Shown piece by piece: positions 22,452-30,340 of a stretch of 64,000 nt of DNA (position 1 is its first letter; each line of letters opens with the position of its first letter). The notes under the pieces were generated by a model. That model made no database searches. It was not told where the DNA came from and saw only the letters and a program-made list of their open reading frames with translations. The stretch covers positions 512,001-576,000 of the forward strand of contig CAWDGJ010000002.1 of assembly GCA_963801815.1 (NCBI GenBank). Reading direction: 5' to 3'. Made by a program: the position numbers and the translations under genes. The stretch comes from an uncultured Verrucomicrobiae bacterium. Lineage in GTDB: Bacteria; Verrucomicrobiota; Verrucomicrobiia; Chthoniobacterales; UBA10450.

Positions 22452-22850
22452 GTGAGAGTGGCTGCGCGTTGCCTGATTACCGCGATTGTGATTTCTTCGT
22501 GGATCGCGATTTCCAACCATTGCGCGATCAGCGCGGTTGCGGCCAAAACGAAAACCACGCAAAGCAGCTGCCCGTTTCATTCCAGACCGGCAACACCTTC
22601 ACCCAAGTCGAGCGGATCCGAGTGCTGCAAGAATCTGCGCGCGATCACTCCAACGCCGGCAAATAACCTCGCGCCGGCAATTATCGATCTTCTTCCGATC
22701 GATTCAGGACTCCATCGACTCGCGGTTTTGAGGACGGCGCAGACTTTTTCCCTCGAGCTCGCGGCACTCGATACCGGACCGCCTGGAAGGACTTCCTTTG
22801 CTGAATTGAATCAGAGCCTGCGCGCGCACGCTCCCCCATTTTCCGCCTAA
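22452..22850 (+). CDS. Cys/His-containing leader protein with C-terminal RAHAPP (DUF2946/CruR/CutF-like)
   Basis: Signal-like N-terminus with HC; CPFH and CC motifs; C-terminus TGPP...SLRAHAPPFSA; directly upstream of a heavy-metal-binding protein. Confidence 0.6.
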   Translation: MRVAARCLITAIVISSWIAISNHCAISAVAAKTKTTQSSCPFHSRPATPSPKSSGSECCKNLRAITPTPANNLAPAIIDLLPIDSGLHRLAVLRTAQTFSLELAALDTGPPGRTSFAELNQSLRAHAPPFSA

Positions 22851-22875
22851 CACGATCCGAATCGCGGATTTTTCG

Positions 22876-22937
22876 CTGTGGTGGCAGGCGTCTCGCCTGC
22901 ATTCGCCAAATCGCAGCCGGCACGGCTGCCGCTACAG
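22876..22937. repeat. REP-like palindromic element, copy 1
   Basis: CTGTGGTGGCAGGCGTCTCGCCTGCA...GCAGCCGGCACGGCTGCCGCTACAG: two hairpins with complementary ends. Confidence 0.75.
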
Positions 22938-22941
22938 ATTA

Positions 22942-24474
22942 ATGACACGACGAATTTTAATTTTGATCGCGAACGCAATAACCTTCGCGGCCATTGCTCA
23001 GGCAGGGGCGATTGACCCCAATCGCCCGCCACCCAAGCACCAGCTCTATACCTGCCGGATGCACCCCGAAGTGGTGCGCACCGAACCGGGTCACTGTCCA
23101 AAATGCGGAATGACACTGGTGCCCCTCCGGGAGGCGGTTCAACGAACCGCCATCGGGCGATTGGGTCAACCGCCGCTACCTGCCGACAAAGAGCGCGCGA
23201 CGCGCGATGCGAACAGCAACGCGCTGCCGATGCACGAACACGCCAATCACGAAATGGAAATGAAATCGTCAATCAACGTCGTCGATCCAATGAATCGCGA
23301 AGGCTCTGGCACAAGTTGGTTGCCCGATTCGTCACCAATATACGGGCACATGTTCATGTTTGGCGATGACATGCTCATGTTTCACGGCGCAATTTTCCCT
23401 CGCTACACCAACGTAAGCAGCGATCGCGGCGATGATCGGGTCGATTCACCGAACTGGATCATGGCGATGTATTCGCATCCATTCAGCGACGCGACCCAAC
23501 TCGGCCTCCGCGCCATGATGAGTCTCGATCCGCTAACGGAAGGCGGCCGCGGTTATCCGTTGTTATTGCAAAGCGGTGAATCGTGGCACGACCAACCGTT
23601 GCATGATCGACAACATCCGCACGACTTGTTCGACGAACTTTCCTTTTCGCTTTCTCAAAAATTCAACGGCGACGTCAGCGGCTACGTTTATTTCGGTTAT
23701 CCGGGCGAACCGGCACTCGGCCCCCCAACATTCATGCATCGGCCGAGCGGGATGGATGATCCGGACGCCCCGATCGGGCATCATTGGCAGGACTCAACGC
23801 ACGTGACGTTCGGTGTTGCGACTGCGGGGATGCAATGGAACACCGTGAAAGTCGAAGGAAGCATTTTTACCGGACGCGAACCGGATGAAGACCGTTACGA
23901 CTTCGATCGACCGCGTTTTGATTCCTTCAGCGGTCGAATTTCGTGGAACCCGACGTCAGACATCGCCCTTCAAATTTCCCACGCCTACATCAAGAGCCCG
24001 GAAGCGCTGGAGCCAGACTTGAAGCGTCATCGCACGACGGCATCACTCATATATAATAAGAGGCTCGGACCGGACTCGAATTGGGCGACGTCGCTGGTAT
24101 GGGGACAAAACGACGACACTCATGAGGACAAAACGGAATCCGTGCTGCTGGAGAGCGATTACCAGCGAGAGCGCAATACTTTTTATGGACGCTGGGAATG
24201 GGTTGAGAAATCAGGACAAGAGCTCGTGCTCGCGCCAGTCGATCAGGCCGAAATTGTTTCCATCAACGCGCTTTCAGTCGGCTATGTGCGGGATCTTTCG
24301 CACGGTAACAACATCAACGTTGGCCTTGGCGGACAATTCACCGTTGATTTGTGGCCAGGCGAGCTTGATCGCTACTACGGCGGCGGTCCCGGTTACGGAT
24401 TCCAAGTTTTCCTGCGCATTAGACCGTCCGGACACGAGCATGCGGACCGGGAACGTCCCGCCGAGATGAAATAG
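22942..24474 (+). CDS. Secreted protein with heavy-metal-binding domain, His/Met linker and putative outer-membrane beta domain
   Basis: Signal peptide; YTCRMHPEV...PGHCPKCGMTL; MHEHANHEMEM; SGTSWLP, LHDRQHPHD, HHWQDSTH; amphipathic beta strands ending FQVFLRIRP. Confidence 0.75.
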   Translation: MTRRILILIANAITFAAIAQAGAIDPNRPPPKHQLYTCRMHPEVVRTEPGHCPKCGMTLVPLREAVQRTAIGRLGQPPLPADKERATRDANSNALPMHEHANHEMEMKSSINVVDPMNREGSGTSWLPDSSPIYGHMFMFGDDMLMFHGAIFPRYTNVSSDRGDDRVDSPNWIMAMYSHPFSDATQLGLRAMMSLDPLTEGGRGYPLLLQSGESWHDQPLHDRQHPHDLFDELSFSLSQKFNGDVSGYVYFGYPGEPALGPPTFMHRPSGMDDPDAPIGHHWQDSTHVTFGVATAGMQWNTVKVEGSIFTGREPDEDRYDFDRPRFDSFSGRISWNPTSDIALQISHAYIKSPEALEPDLKRHRTTASLIYNKRLGPDSNWATSLVWGQNDDTHEDKTESVLLESDYQRERNTFYGRWEWVEKSGQELVLAPVDQAEIVSINALSVGYVRDLSHGNNINVGLGGQFTVDLWPGELDRYYGGGPGYGFQVFLRIRPSGHEHADRERPAEMK

Positions 24475-24482
24475 CGAGACGA

Positions 24483-24695
24483 TCAGCCACCGAGCTTGGC
24501 AATGATTCCGTCTAAAATTCGACTCAGCGCCACCAGCGCCACCGAGCAAAAGATTCCCTTCGCCAGAATGTACCAGGCGATTGCTTCGTTCTCGAACTTA
24601 GCTTCGAAGACTTTGTTCCCGAGCAGAAATGCGTAGACGCAGATAACGAGAACAACCAGGGCGGCAGGCATGGCGACTGACTTTATTGATTTCAT
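24483..24695 (-). CDS. Small two-TM membrane protein
   Basis: 70-aa ORF with two hydrophobic segments filling an intergenic gap. Confidence 0.55.
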   Translation of the reverse strand: MKSIKSVAMPAALVVLVICVYAFLLGNKVFEAKFENEAIAWYILAKGIFCSVALVALSRILDGIIAKLGG

Positions 24696-24764
24696 AGGCA
24701 GGACGTTTATTGGCTACAGTTCGTTAGCCGAAGCCGAAACTTTCAAAATTTCTGAACTCGGGCG

Positions 24765-24828
24765 CTGTAACGGCAGGCGTCTCACCTGCAAATTTTAAGA
24801 CTGCAGCCGGGGACGGCTGCTACCACAG
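24765..24828. repeat. REP-like palindromic element, copy 2
   Basis: CTGTAACGGCAGGCGTCTCACCTGCA...GCAGCCGGGGACGGCTGCTACCACAG, clearly homologous to 22876-22937. Confidence 0.75.
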
Positions 24829-24881
24829 AAGAGATAACGCGGTTGTCATTGGACACGACTGTGAGAAAATTAGCGCCCGTC

Positions 24882-25946
24882 ATGCATCGCCTCCCAAAAA
24901 TCAGTTATCACGACATCGAACGCATTATTGAGTTCGATTTCGTCCGCGCGACCGAGGCCGCGGCGCTGAACTCGCTCCGCTGGCTTGGGCGCGGCGACAA
25001 GGAATCGGCCGATGCCGCCGCCTGCGACGCGATGCGCGGAATGTTCGATCTTATGAACATTTGCGGCGAGGTCGTGATCGGCGAAGGCATCAAGGACGAC
25101 GCGCCCGGAATTTTCAAGGGCGAACAACTCGGCACCTGGTTGCCCGGCGCGCCGCAGTTCGATATCGCGATCGATCCGATCGACGGCACCACCAACATTT
25201 CCAAAGGCGCGCCGAACTCGATCAGTTGTATCGCGGCGGCGAGCCCGGAAGAGGGAGTGAAAGTCGCGCTGCGCGATATTCCGTCGTTTTACATGTCGAA
25301 ACTGGCCTACGGACCGCGAGTGATCGATTACATGAAGAAACGCGGCGACTCGCTCCACATCGACATGCCGATTTCCGAAATGCTGGCGATCGTCGCGCGC
25401 GCAACCGATAAACGCGTCCAGGATGTCGTCGTCATGATGCTCGACCGGCCGCGGCACAAGGAAATCGTCGAACAAATTCGCGCATGCGGCGCTTCGCTGC
25501 GCATGATCGGCGACGGCGACATCGCCGCGGCCATGGCGCCGTCGTTGCCGGAGAGCGAGATCGATCTTTACATGGGTATCGGCGGTTCGCCGGAAGCGGT
25601 GCTGGCCGCGGCCGGTATCAAGTGTCTCGGCGGCGAAATGCAGTGCAAGATGTGGCCGCGCGACGACAAGGAAAAGAAACAGCTCATTGCGGACGGTTGG
25701 GAAAAGGATCTGGGCCGCGTTTACTTCGCCGACGATCTCGCCCACGGCGAGAACATTATTTTTTGCGCGACAGGTATCAGCGATAGCGCCTTGCTGCGCG
25801 GCGTGAAAACGAAGGGCACCACTGCGACTACCCATTCGATTTTGATGCGGGCCAAAAGCAAAACCGTTCGGTTGATTCGGACGCTTCACAATTTGCAGAA
25901 CAAGACGATCCGGCTCCGCTCCGACAATCGCGAGCATCTGATTTGA
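24882..25946 (+). CDS. glpX: Class II fructose-1,6-bisphosphatase
   Basis: VRATEAAA, GRGDKESADAAA, VVIGEG, DIAIDPIDGT, LDRPRH, DGDI, GIGGSPE, FCATGI. Confidence 0.95.
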   Translation: MHRLPKISYHDIERIIEFDFVRATEAAALNSLRWLGRGDKESADAAACDAMRGMFDLMNICGEVVIGEGIKDDAPGIFKGEQLGTWLPGAPQFDIAIDPIDGTTNISKGAPNSISCIAAASPEEGVKVALRDIPSFYMSKLAYGPRVIDYMKKRGDSLHIDMPISEMLAIVARATDKRVQDVVVMMLDRPRHKEIVEQIRACGASLRMIGDGDIAAAMAPSLPESEIDLYMGIGGSPEAVLAAAGIKCLGGEMQCKMWPRDDKEKKQLIADGWEKDLGRVYFADDLAHGENIIFCATGISDSALLRGVKTKGTTATTHSILMRAKSKTVRLIRTLHNLQNKTIRLRSDNREHLI

Positions 25947-25948
25947 CG

Positions 25949-26030
25949 ATACCGGAGACTGGACAGCGGATACCGGATAGAATATCTGCGCGGTTCACCC
26001 TTTCGGTATCCGGTCTCCGCTTTCCGGTAT
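25949..26030. repeat. Heptamer tandem arrays forming an inverted repeat, just after the glpX stop
   Basis: ATACCGG AGACTGG ACAGCGG ATACCGG ... TCGGTAT CCGGTCT CCGCTTT CCGGTAT. Confidence 0.75.
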
Positions 26031-26099
26031 TAAGCCAATCTCTTGCTCGACAGAGGCACAATAGTTGGTTCAAATAGCGTCCCAACCTTTTTGCCGCTT

Positions 26100-26498
26100 A
26101 TGAGACAAATACCCAAAACTGAATTGTCGCCGGATAACGGCTGTATCATCGACATGAAATGGAAACTCGGGCCGCTCGGCTATCACCCCAGTGGCGCCGG
26201 CAAAGACAACATCGAGCCTTCCAAGGACATCCTCCGGCTGCCCGAGCTCGTTCTTTACGATCATATCGGTTTTAAAGGCGCCTACGCGCGAACCAACCTT
26301 AGTTTTCATTACATCGGCGATTTCTGGAACGATCGGATCAGCTGCGTCATCGTGGTCAGCGGCGTCTGGCGATTTTATCGGGACGAATATTACAAGGGCC
26401 CGTATTGGGACCTCGGCCCCGGTTACTACGAAAGCTTCTTCACTGCCAAGGGGCCCGACGATGTCGTCAGTTCTTTTCAGTGCATCGCGCTAACGTAG
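26100..26498 (+). CDS. Beta/gamma-crystallin domain protein
   Basis: Two Greek-key-like motifs: LYDHIGFKG...WNDRISCVIV and WRFYRDEYYKG...LGPGYY...DDVVSSF. Confidence 0.8.
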   Translation: MRQIPKTELSPDNGCIIDMKWKLGPLGYHPSGAGKDNIEPSKDILRLPELVLYDHIGFKGAYARTNLSFHYIGDFWNDRISCVIVVSGVWRFYRDEYYKGPYWDLGPGYYESFFTAKGPDDVVSSFQCIALT

Positions 26499-26641
26499 TG
26501 AACGATCATTCGCTACTCGCGCTCTTTGAAGGAAGCGTTATTCAATAATTTCAAGCCGGAAGCCGCGGCATTACCCCCTGCTGCTAGGTTTTATTTCGCC
26601 GAACTGGTCGACGGATGCCACAACCCGAACGCCGACGGCCA

Positions 26642-27946
26642 ATGTCTATTGTTCGCCAAAACCTGATCGCTGGCTCGATCTGTTTCCTTTGCTTTCTGCT
26701 CTTTTACGGAATCACGGCGCGTGGCAAGCTTCAGGCGTCGGATGAAGCTGCAGTTTTCGCGAGTGGAATCTCACTCGCCACGAGCGGCCACTTGGCAATC
26801 GATCAACTGCGGCCGCTTCAAGCCCACGTGAACATCGGCGCCGAAGGACCGGACGGCCATCTTTATACCAAGTATTTTCCGGGAAATGTCTTCACTGTTG
26901 CGCTGATCTACAAGCTTACCGCGCGCGCCGACGATCAACCATATATCTGGTCGATAGAGATTGCGCCAAGTGCTACCGGCGCGTGGTGGGCGTTGCGCGT
27001 GAACGCATTCTGGGGCGCGCTCGGCATGACCGCGCTGTTGTTTCTCGTGCGGCGTTATTTCGGTTGGCGAACAGCAATCATCACAGTCGTGTTGATCGGA
27101 ACTTGTTCCGACTGGTGGTATCAATCGCGCGGACTTTACTCAGAAGTCGCTGCCGGAGCGTTACTGATCGCAAGCATGCATTTCGCCTTGTCGGACAGTC
27201 CATATCGCAGCGCCGCGGCGCTGGCATTGTCGATCTTGTTTCGGCCCACAAATTTGATCGCGGCGCCGTTTTGGATGATTGCATCGTGGCACAAGGGAAA
27301 GAGTGCGCTTTCCGCCTTTGTGATTATGGGCAGCCTCGCGCTACTGGCGATCTATAACTGGGCCCGCTTTGGGTCTCCCCTAAATTTTGGTTACCCGGAA
27401 GGTAATTTGAACGTCCCGTTTCTCACCGGATTGCACGCCATGTTTCTCAGCCCGGGACGTTCTCTCTTTGTCTATTCGCCGATCCTGCTGCTGGCGATTC
27501 CAGGCATATGGATTTTTTTCAAACGCGACCGTCGTCTTACCGTGCTTTGCTTATTTGTCGTTCTAGGTTACGCGGCGGTTGTCGCGTCGTGGGGACCACT
27601 CGGTTGGGGACTGAGTTGGGGAATGCGACTGATGACGCCGATACTGCCGGTGTTAGGCTTTTTAATGGCTGGCACAATCGACTACGTGTTTCGAAATAAG
27701 TGGGCGATTATTGTGCCGGTTGCGCTGGGTTTGATTGGATTTGCAATCCAGATCGCGGCCCTGCTCCGCGACCCGACGCACGTATTGATTGATCAAGTGC
27801 AAAGCGGCAACGTAAAATTCGAAGAGACGATCTACAGCGTGCGACATTGCTGGCTTGCGCTACAAATCGAGGCCGCCCGTCACTCTGAAGCGTGCGACCT
27901 GGATTCCTACACGTTACGGCGGCTGCTCACGAGTTGCCCGGACTAG
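26642..27946 (+). CDS. Polytopic GT-C-type glycosyltransferase-like membrane protein
   Basis: SDE after TM1, YSE, RP, YNWARFGSPLNFGY, SPGRSLFVYSP, WG.R.M.P; many TMs; start may be 26615. Confidence 0.65.
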   Translation: MSIVRQNLIAGSICFLCFLLFYGITARGKLQASDEAAVFASGISLATSGHLAIDQLRPLQAHVNIGAEGPDGHLYTKYFPGNVFTVALIYKLTARADDQPYIWSIEIAPSATGAWWALRVNAFWGALGMTALLFLVRRYFGWRTAIITVVLIGTCSDWWYQSRGLYSEVAAGALLIASMHFALSDSPYRSAAALALSILFRPTNLIAAPFWMIASWHKGKSALSAFVIMGSLALLAIYNWARFGSPLNFGYPEGNLNVPFLTGLHAMFLSPGRSLFVYSPILLLAIPGIWIFFKRDRRLTVLCLFVVLGYAAVVASWGPLGWGLSWGMRLMTPILPVLGFLMAGTIDYVFRNKWAIIVPVALGLIGFAIQIAALLRDPTHVLIDQVQSGNVKFEETIYSVRHCWLALQIEAARHSEACDLDSYTLRRLLTSCPD

Positions 27947-28963
27947 GCTGCGGTTCTCGCGAGCTCGAACACTGCCTGCACGCAGCCCCAGGAGAGAGTG
28001 AAGCCAGAGCCTCCGTGGCCGTAATTGTGAATCACGGTTCGACCGTCGCGAAGTTTTTCTCTTTCCAGACGCACACCTGATTTTCGAAATGGACGAAGAC
28101 CAACGCGTTCGCGAAGCACGGGTGGAGAATCGATTTCTAAGACGCGCGCACATTCGGCGACGATCGCTTTGGTCGTCTTCGGATCGGGAATGAGAACATC
28201 GCTAGCGTCGTTCGTCCCGCCGAACACGCAATCGTTTGTCCGGGGGATCGCATACATAAGCGGCGCGTCGTCGCACACGATCGCGCAATTCAAATTGTCG
28301 GGTTTTGGAACGATCGCGACCTGCCCGCGATGCGGTTCGAGATCGGCGTCGTGCGCGAGTTCGCGCGCGCCGATCCCGGCGCAATTGATCACGAGATCGA
28401 ATTTTGGATCGACATCTTCGGGTTTCTCAAAGCAGACGCCGTTCTTGATTTCGCCGCCGGCTTTCTGAAAACGGTTGATGAGATAATCGAGGTAGATGGT
28501 GGTATCCATTAGAGGCACGCGGAGCGAAAAGCCGCTGGAAAAGTTATAGCCACTGGCCCGCGGCCCGTCGGCAACGGCGCGTAGCACCGTGCCTACACCG
28601 CCCAAATCGCGCGCCCAACTGGGAATTCCGATTTCGCCGTGTCGACAATATTGTCGGAGCTCGATCATCGAAACGCCGGTCTCCAAACTTGGCCGTTTAA
28701 AACGGTCAGGTTTTTGTCCCTCAGCAGATCGGATATCGCCAGCGAGATCGACCAGCACGTCGTAAGTCGCGAGCGCCCAGGGAATCACTTTCTCGGCCGG
28801 CTCTGCGTCGTAGGGAAACCAAAGCGCGGCCGCGGCGCCCGAGGTTGTTCGCGTACCGATTTCCTTCGCGAAAATCTGTACAAGAGAATCCGCGCTCGGC
28901 GAAGAGCACGCCGCAAGTCAGTCCTGAAGCGCCTGCGCCGATAATGGCCACGGATTTCGCCAT
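27943..28963 (-). CDS. FAD-dependent D-amino-acid oxidase family protein, split by a +1 frameshift near 28882
   Basis: VAIIGAGASGL in ORF 28721..28963; TTSGAAAALWFP, VINCAGIGA, RGQ, VGLRPFR, HNYGHGGSGFTLSWG in the downstream frame. The span is 3n+1. Confidence 0.88.
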
Positions 28964-28971
28964 GGAGAAAT

Positions 28972-29031
28972 TTGTAGGGCAGGCGCGCCACCTGCCAACT
29001 TAAAAACGCGACCGGAGCGATTGCTCTACAA
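28972..29031. repeat. REP-like palindromic element, divergent copy 3
   Basis: TTGTAGGGCAGGCGCGCCACCTGCC...GCGACCGGAGCGATTGCTCTACAA; GTAG...CTAC ends and two internal hairpins. Confidence 0.6.
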
Positions 29032-29108
29032 TTTTTCGGCGGCTAACGTAAATTTGGCTCGCGCTAAAGGGCTCGTAAGAAGGCGACGACTCAGGTAGGA
29101 TTAAAGGG

Positions 29109-30200
29109 ATGGTTTCATTGAATCGAAACGGGCTCACCAACAAGGTTCTCGAAGGCAAACGAATTTCGCCGGACGAGGCGATGCAGCTCTACGGTTTGCC
29201 ACTGGAAGAGCTTGGTGCGCTGGCCAACGCGCGCCGAAATCGGGCCAAAGAAAAAAGTTACGGCGGACGCGGACGCGAGATCGTGACTTACATCGCCGAC
29301 CGCAACATCAATTATACTAACGTCTGCAACGTTTACTGTAAATTTTGCGCGTTCTATCGGACCGAGCGCGACGAAGACCACTACGTGCTGTCCCTGGAGC
29401 AGATCGACCAAAAACTCGACGAACTTTCGGCCGCCGGCGGAGTTCAAATCCTGATGCAAGGCGGACATCACCCGAAACTGCCGTTTCAGTGGTATGTCGA
29501 TCTTCTGCAGCACATCAGAACGAAATATCCGCACATCAACATTCACGGATTCAGTCCGCCGGAGTTCCAGCATTTCGCCGAAACTTTCCGGATGCCACTA
29601 CGCGAGGTAATTTCCGAGTTCAAAAAAGCCGGGCTTGGCTCGATCCCCGGCGGTGGTGGCGAGATCCTGGTCGACCGGGTCCGGAAGAAAATCTCACCGT
29701 TAAAAATCAACAGCGACCAATGGCTCGAGGTAATGGAGGTGGCGCACGAGCTTGGTTTGAAATCGAGCGCGACCATGATGTTCGGACACGTAGAGACGGC
29801 GGAGGAGCGAGTGGAACATTTGCGACGAATCCGCGATCAACAGGACCGGAGCGGCGGATTCACCGCGTTCATCTGCTGGACGTTTCAGCCGCAGCACACC
29901 GTGTTGAAGGTGCAACAGCCCACCGGCGTGTCGGAGTATTTGCGAATGCAGGCATTGTCGCGCATTTTTTTAGACAATATTGACAACATTCAGAGCTCGT
30001 GGGTGACGCAGGGGCCCGGCATTGGGCAGATTGCGCTCAATTACGGAGCGAACGATTTTGGGTCGGTGATGATGGAAGAGAACGTAGTGAGCGCCGCAGG
30101 GACAACTTTTCGCCTCGACGCGACACAAATTGAATCGCTCATCCGCGATGCCGGATATGAACCGCGCCGGCGAAATAACGTTTACGAACTGTTGAACTGA
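29109..30200 (+). CDS. mqnC: Cyclic dehypoxanthinyl futalosine synthase (radical SAM, futalosine menaquinone pathway)
   Basis: DRNINYTNVCNVYCKFCAF, LMQGGHHP, SIPGGGGEIL, ATMMFGH, FTAFICWTFQ, QSSWVTQG, GANDFGSVMMEENVVSAAG. Confidence 0.92.
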   Translation: MVSLNRNGLTNKVLEGKRISPDEAMQLYGLPLEELGALANARRNRAKEKSYGGRGREIVTYIADRNINYTNVCNVYCKFCAFYRTERDEDHYVLSLEQIDQKLDELSAAGGVQILMQGGHHPKLPFQWYVDLLQHIRTKYPHINIHGFSPPEFQHFAETFRMPLREVISEFKKAGLGSIPGGGGEILVDRVRKKISPLKINSDQWLEVMEVAHELGLKSSATMMFGHVETAEERVEHLRRIRDQQDRSGGFTAFICWTFQPQHTVLKVQQPTGVSEYLRMQALSRIFLDNIDNIQSSWVTQGPGIGQIALNYGANDFGSVMMEENVVSAAGTTFRLDATQIESLIRDAGYEPRRRNNVYELLN

Positions 30201-30340
30201 ACGCCCTTTCACGCTGTCTATAAATGACGCCTTAACCACTTTCGACGAAATCCTGCCTTGACGATCGCCGCCTTCTCCTCTAATTCCCGCCTGTCCCGCG
30301 CCCGTTTCTGCGCCGCGCGGGATTCGGCATTTTGATTGTT

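Noticed and set aside
24870..25937. Long antisense ORF opposite glpX, and similar ones at 1253-2005, 7012-7758, 11352-12269, 14787-15659, 47358-48203 and 55922-56653
   Set aside because: Shadow ORFs typical of GC-rich coding DNA; no recognisable motifs, and they overlap well-supported genes.
21040..29031. CRISPR array from the palindromic repeats
   Set aside because: Copies are kilobases apart, not separated by spacer-length unique sequence, and there are no cas genes.
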